DNA of 64,000 nucleotides. Source: an uncultured Bdellovibrio sp. (lineage in GTDB: Bacteria > Bdellovibrionota > Bdellovibrionia > Bdellovibrionales > Bdellovibrionaceae). Below are positions 60,273 through 64,000 of the stretch, in pieces. The stretch spans positions 128,001 to 192,000 of the forward strand of contig CAWVRN010000003.1 of the NCBI GenBank assembly GCA_963932905.1, given 5' to 3'. The stretch's first letter is position 1; each line of letters begins with the position of its first letter. The notes beneath the pieces were generated by a model. That model did not search any database, was not told where the DNA came from, and saw only the letters and a list, made by a program, of their open reading frames with translations. A program made the translations under genes and the position numbers.

Positions 60273-60332
60273 AGGTGCGAATAACTGGACTTGAACCAGT
60301 GACCTCTTCCATGTCAAGGAAGCGCGCTACCA
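60273..60332 (-). repeat. tRNA-Val(GAC) 3' fragment, 60 nt, most canonical copy (ends CCT)
   Basis: TGGTAGCGCG CTTCC TTGACAT GGAAG AGGTC ACTGG TTCAAGT CCAGT TATTCGC A CCT; 5' acceptor strand absent. Confidence 0.9.
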
Positions 60333-60668
60333 AAGACTGAAGAATCACCAGCCCGGTTGCATAAATTTAGAAATTCCACATAATTAATAGATTTGGGATG
60401 CAGGATCGGGATTCTAATTGGTTTTGGTCAGGACATTTCTATTCGATTGCGAGTTAAATTAGAATGTGTAGCCATTTTAGGACTTCAATTATGTTTAATT
60501 CTGAGACCTTCTAAATAACAAAATTTATTGTTCGATAGTCGGGTAAACATTTAGCCGATTAACTAATTGCCATAAACCTTTGAGTTATTTAACCGGATCT
60601 GAAACCATTTCGCTAAGTGAAGCTATTTTCGTCATTGACAGAAAAAAATATCAATTGGGAGAAAATCT

Positions 60669-62045
60669 ATGTCTTCAAAAAAAATTGCCGTGGAATATAT
60701 CAAACTTATTGAAGACTACTTTAATCCCCTATTTAAGCTTGGCCCCAATGAAATTGATCATATTAGTTTGGGAGAAGAGTTTTCAAACTACAGATCACTT
60801 TCAAACCTAATATCAAGCTCGCTCGATGACCTAGGGAAAGATATTAAATCTTTTTGGGAAGCGAATAATAACGAGCTACAGCAAGAATTAAAGAATTCTG
60901 ATGGCATGAAATGCATCTACTCAGGCGACATTTCTCCACACAATGCCCTAAAATTAACAAAGAAAACCGCAATGTACATGGACAGTGTACTAATCCCAGA
61001 TCCACTCTATAAAATTTCAGTGCAACTTTCTGAACTAAAAAGAGATAAACCAGAATACCTTAGCAGAATTATTAGACATGCAGCAAATATGTATAAATTA
61101 AGAGACCTAATTACAGCCGACACAGCGTACCCGATAGTATGCGTGGCTCCGCTCGGCCTTGATCATATTTCACCTGAGAAAAAAAAAGAGATAGTACAAA
61201 GCGGAATCGAAAATCTCACCAGATATGGATCTAAAATTTTCGATAAAGATTTTTCAACTTTTGATAATTTATACGACTACCTTTCGAAAATAAATACAAT
61301 TGAAGGTCTCACTACAGAAATCTCGAAATGGGATCAACTTCCCCCTGATATAAGAGATACAGCATCATTGAACGAGCTAGTGAGCGGTTTTTCTAAATTG
61401 GGAAAGACCATGCAAAGACAAAACAAAGAAACATACGGTCAATCTTTTATTATTTATCTGAATTCCCAGCTTATCCGAGTTGAAGAACATAAGTATCTTT
61501 GCAACGAGCTCGGAGCTTCGCCTATCTACGATTTTCATCGACCTTGGTTTTTTATGAATAGAGATCTTAATGCTCCCAACATTGATTCCGCAATAGCTCA
61601 GGGACTGCAGGACACTAAATTAGAATGGCTTGGAAATATTCCGCCGGAGGCAATTAAAGTGCTTAGGGAGGAAAATGAATTGGAAGATTTTAGACAGCTT
61701 TTACGGAAAGGCCTTCACGATGTAAAGGTAAAAAACGATCCAAACTTAAATAGGACCGTCGATACACTTCAGCAAAACTTAAAATCTTGCATTGAATTTC
61801 ATAATTCAAAAATTGATGATATTCAAAAGAAGGTAAATCGAATTGCAAATTACGATATCCCTATAACGACAATTGGTGCACTAGTCGGATGGATACCTGT
61901 TGTTGGAAATTTCTTGAGCATGCCTTTTACTATTAAGGATTGGTTTTCTCAGTCTAATGAAGTCGAGGCTGCTACAAAAGAGTTAGCTAAGAGTGAGGCT
62001 GGTTTTATAAACTTCTTAATACAGGCAAAAGATGACAGAAAGTAA
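60669..62045 (+). CDS. Hypothetical cytoplasmic protein with C-terminal coiled coil and hydrophobic segment
   Basis: 458-aa ORF, GGAG RBS; MY.D.V.IPDP motif; TIGALVGWIPVVG segment. Confidence 0.75.
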   Translation: MSSKKIAVEYIKLIEDYFNPLFKLGPNEIDHISLGEEFSNYRSLSNLISSSLDDLGKDIKSFWEANNNELQQELKNSDGMKCIYSGDISPHNALKLTKKTAMYMDSVLIPDPLYKISVQLSELKRDKPEYLSRIIRHAANMYKLRDLITADTAYPIVCVAPLGLDHISPEKKKEIVQSGIENLTRYGSKIFDKDFSTFDNLYDYLSKINTIEGLTTEISKWDQLPPDIRDTASLNELVSGFSKLGKTMQRQNKETYGQSFIIYLNSQLIRVEEHKYLCNELGASPIYDFHRPWFFMNRDLNAPNIDSAIAQGLQDTKLEWLGNIPPEAIKVLREENELEDFRQLLRKGLHDVKVKNDPNLNRTVDTLQQNLKSCIEFHNSKIDDIQKKVNRIANYDIPITTIGALVGWIPVVGNFLSMPFTIKDWFSQSNEVEAATKELAKSEAGFINFLIQAKDDRK

Positions 62046-62766
62046 ATTTATCTCTTATGGTATTTTATTTTTCCTTGGATATGTTCAAAGAAAACTCAGA
62101 TCAGACCCTCAATATTTGCCGAATTCTTTAATTAGAGCAATCAACGCAGCAGCAGCGGCGGCGGAAACAGTAACGGTGGATAGAAATGCAATGGGAACGG
62201 CATTTGACGTCAAAGAGGATGACATTCAACAAGGTTATGCAGTCATTGTTGCACGTCGGTCATATGGAATCGAGATTTTAAAAATTCAAGATTTAACTAA
62301 CAACGTCGAAATTCCTCCAGAGCTTTGTTTAAATATTTTTAATATTCAAATCCTACTCGACAAATATTCTGGTGAAGAAATAAGTGTTTTCGACGCCGTC
62401 GACGTTATGAACAGTTGCTTCGAGTCTCCGCAGTTTATTGCCCTAGGAGATAATTGGCCCGCCGCTAGGGACAAATTTATAGAAGCGGTAAATAGAAAAA
62501 CATTTAATTTTGGTAGCCAGGAAGAAAAGGTATTCGTGCAAACTATGCTGTCGAAAATAACCCGAAACACAAATTGGGAAGATTACCCTTCACGATTAAG
62601 ATCCTTGATTTCCGCATATTTCGTAGACAAAGATAACGGCAAACCAAATACCTTAGTGATATCTACTACGGGCAAACATTTAGTAAAAAAATCCCAAATA
62701 TTTAAGTTTTCAAATAATATCGTCATGGATTTTGGAATGAAATACATGGCACCAAAATTTAGGTAA
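62032..62766 (+). CDS. Hypothetical protein coupled to upstream gene
   Basis: 244-aa ORF overlapping the upstream stop by 14 nt. Confidence 0.7.
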   Translation: MTESKFISYGILFFLGYVQRKLRSDPQYLPNSLIRAINAAAAAAETVTVDRNAMGTAFDVKEDDIQQGYAVIVARRSYGIEILKIQDLTNNVEIPPELCLNIFNIQILLDKYSGEEISVFDAVDVMNSCFESPQFIALGDNWPAARDKFIEAVNRKTFNFGSQEEKVFVQTMLSKITRNTNWEDYPSRLRSLISAYFVDKDNGKPNTLVISTTGKHLVKKSQIFKFSNNIVMDFGMKYMAPKFR

Positions 62767-62771
62767 TTATT

Positions 62772-63995
62772 TGTAGAAGTTAGGACTTGATCTGACACAT
62801 CTTGGATAGAAAAGATGTGGAAAACTCAGTTACCCTTTTGTTTGGTACTAACAAACAAAAGGGGCCAATCCCCAAAGGATAACTGAGCATGCAAACAATA
62901 CAACAAAAAATCATATCAAACAAACTCGGACTTTTAAGTTTAGCTGAAGAATTACAAAATGTTTCTAAAGCCTGTAAAATAATGGGTTATTCTCGTGACA
63001 CATTTTACCGATATAAAGAATTAAAAGACGACGGAGGAATCGATGCGCTTCACGAAAGAACTCGAAAGAAACCCAATTTTAAAAACAGAGTAGATGGAAC
63101 TATTGAATCTAGCGTCTTGAAAATGGCTATCGACTTTCCGGTTTTTGGCCAAAAACGCGCTGCCAATGAACTTCGAAAGAACGGAATTTTTCTATCGCCA
63201 GCTGGGGTTCGAAGTATTTGGCGTCGTCAAGATCTAGAGACTTTTAAAAAGCGCCTCGCGGCACTAGAAGCTAAAAGCGCTGCTGAGGGGTTGGTTTACA
63301 CCGAAGCCCAAATCGCTGCGCTAGAACGTAAGAAAGACGACGACGTTGCCTTCGGTGAAATTGAAACGGCACATCCTGGATATTTAGGATCGCAAGACAC
63401 GTTTTACGTTGGCACGATTAAAGGCGTTGGTCGAATTTACCAGCAAACTTTTGTTGATACATATTCCAAAGTTGCCTTCGCTAAATTATATAATCAGAAA
63501 ACACCGATCACCGCAGCTGACATATTAAACGACAAGGTTCTTACATTTTTTGAAAGTTACTCCGTGCCTTTGCTAAGAATATTAACAGATCGCGGAACTG
63601 AATTTTGCGGCAAGGTCGATCAGCACGACTACCAGCTCTATATTGGCGTTAACGACATCGAACACACCAAAACTAAAGTCGCACATCCACAAACCAACGG
63701 AATATGCGAAAGATTTCATAAAACAATCCTGCAAGAGTTTTATCAAGTCACGTTTAGAAAGAAAATTTATAAAGCGATGGATGATCTGCAAACTGATTTA
63801 GATCAATGGATGATAGAATATAATGAAAGGAGAACCCACCAAGGTAAAATGTGCAATGGACGAACCCCGATGGAAACTTTTATTGACGGAATTAAAATCT
63901 GGAGACAAAAGGACATCGGTTTAAACTTGAACTGACAGTACAAAATAATTTGCTGAACAAAAAGGCGACTGTCAGATCAAATCTAAACTTCTACA
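62772..63995 (+). mobile_element. IS481-family insertion sequence, 1224 bp
   Basis: 26-bp terminal IRs, 23/26 match, TGT...ACA ends (62772-62797, 63970-63995); single transposase ORF. Confidence 0.93.
62889..63935 (+). CDS. IS481-family DDE transposase
   Basis: NVSKACK.MG.SRDTFYRY HTH; QDTFYVG, LTDRGTE, PQTNGICERF, YN..R.HQG. Confidence 0.95.
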   Translation: MQTIQQKIISNKLGLLSLAEELQNVSKACKIMGYSRDTFYRYKELKDDGGIDALHERTRKKPNFKNRVDGTIESSVLKMAIDFPVFGQKRAANELRKNGIFLSPAGVRSIWRRQDLETFKKRLAALEAKSAAEGLVYTEAQIAALERKKDDDVAFGEIETAHPGYLGSQDTFYVGTIKGVGRIYQQTFVDTYSKVAFAKLYNQKTPITAADILNDKVLTFFESYSVPLLRILTDRGTEFCGKVDQHDYQLYIGVNDIEHTKTKVAHPQTNGICERFHKTILQEFYQVTFRKKIYKAMDDLQTDLDQWMIEYNERRTHQGKMCNGRTPMETFIDGIKIWRQKDIGLNLN

Positions 63996-64000
63996 CCTAA

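Noticed and set aside
387..63791. Numerous 60-160 aa ORFs antisense to or nested in long genes
   Set aside because: Shadow ORFs of well-supported genes with no motifs or independent start signals
49390..64000. Prophage or conjugative element
   Set aside because: No phage structural, replication, relaxase or T4SS genes recognised

Overview
AT-rich bacterial chromosome segment, most likely from a Bdellovibrionales-type predator (inferred from TIGR02147/DUF4423-like paralogues, an 'FQNC' signal-peptide protein, Ig+RCC1-repeat surface proteins and many orphan secreted proteins). 1-28.6 kb is mostly core genome: DEAD-box helicase, an iscS-mnmA-mtaB-rnc-era-der operon, sohB, an opp/dpp ABC operon, yebC, mscS and ttcA. 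One exception is a four-helix-bundle gene enclosed by ~120-135 bp inverted repeats built from CCG-based microunits. 28.6-49.9 kb holds secreted hydrolases and adhesin-like proteins, a LysR-baeRF-HPF-SbtA cluster and a 1510-aa M48-peptidase/ABC1-kinase fusion. From ~49.95 kb to the end is an accessory array cut into 1.4-4.8 kb units by four minus-strand tRNA-Val(GAC) fragments, plus a probable fifth eroded site. All fragments stop at the same D-loop base. Two are joined to a covarying ~128-nt hairpin. No integrase is visible in the window. Cargo includes nucleotidyltransferase TA-like pairs, TIGR02147-type regulators with divergent secreted genes, a secreted 33-aa repeat protein, an orphan two-gene operon and a complete IS481-family element. 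All family assignments come from motif recognition by eye, not database searches.
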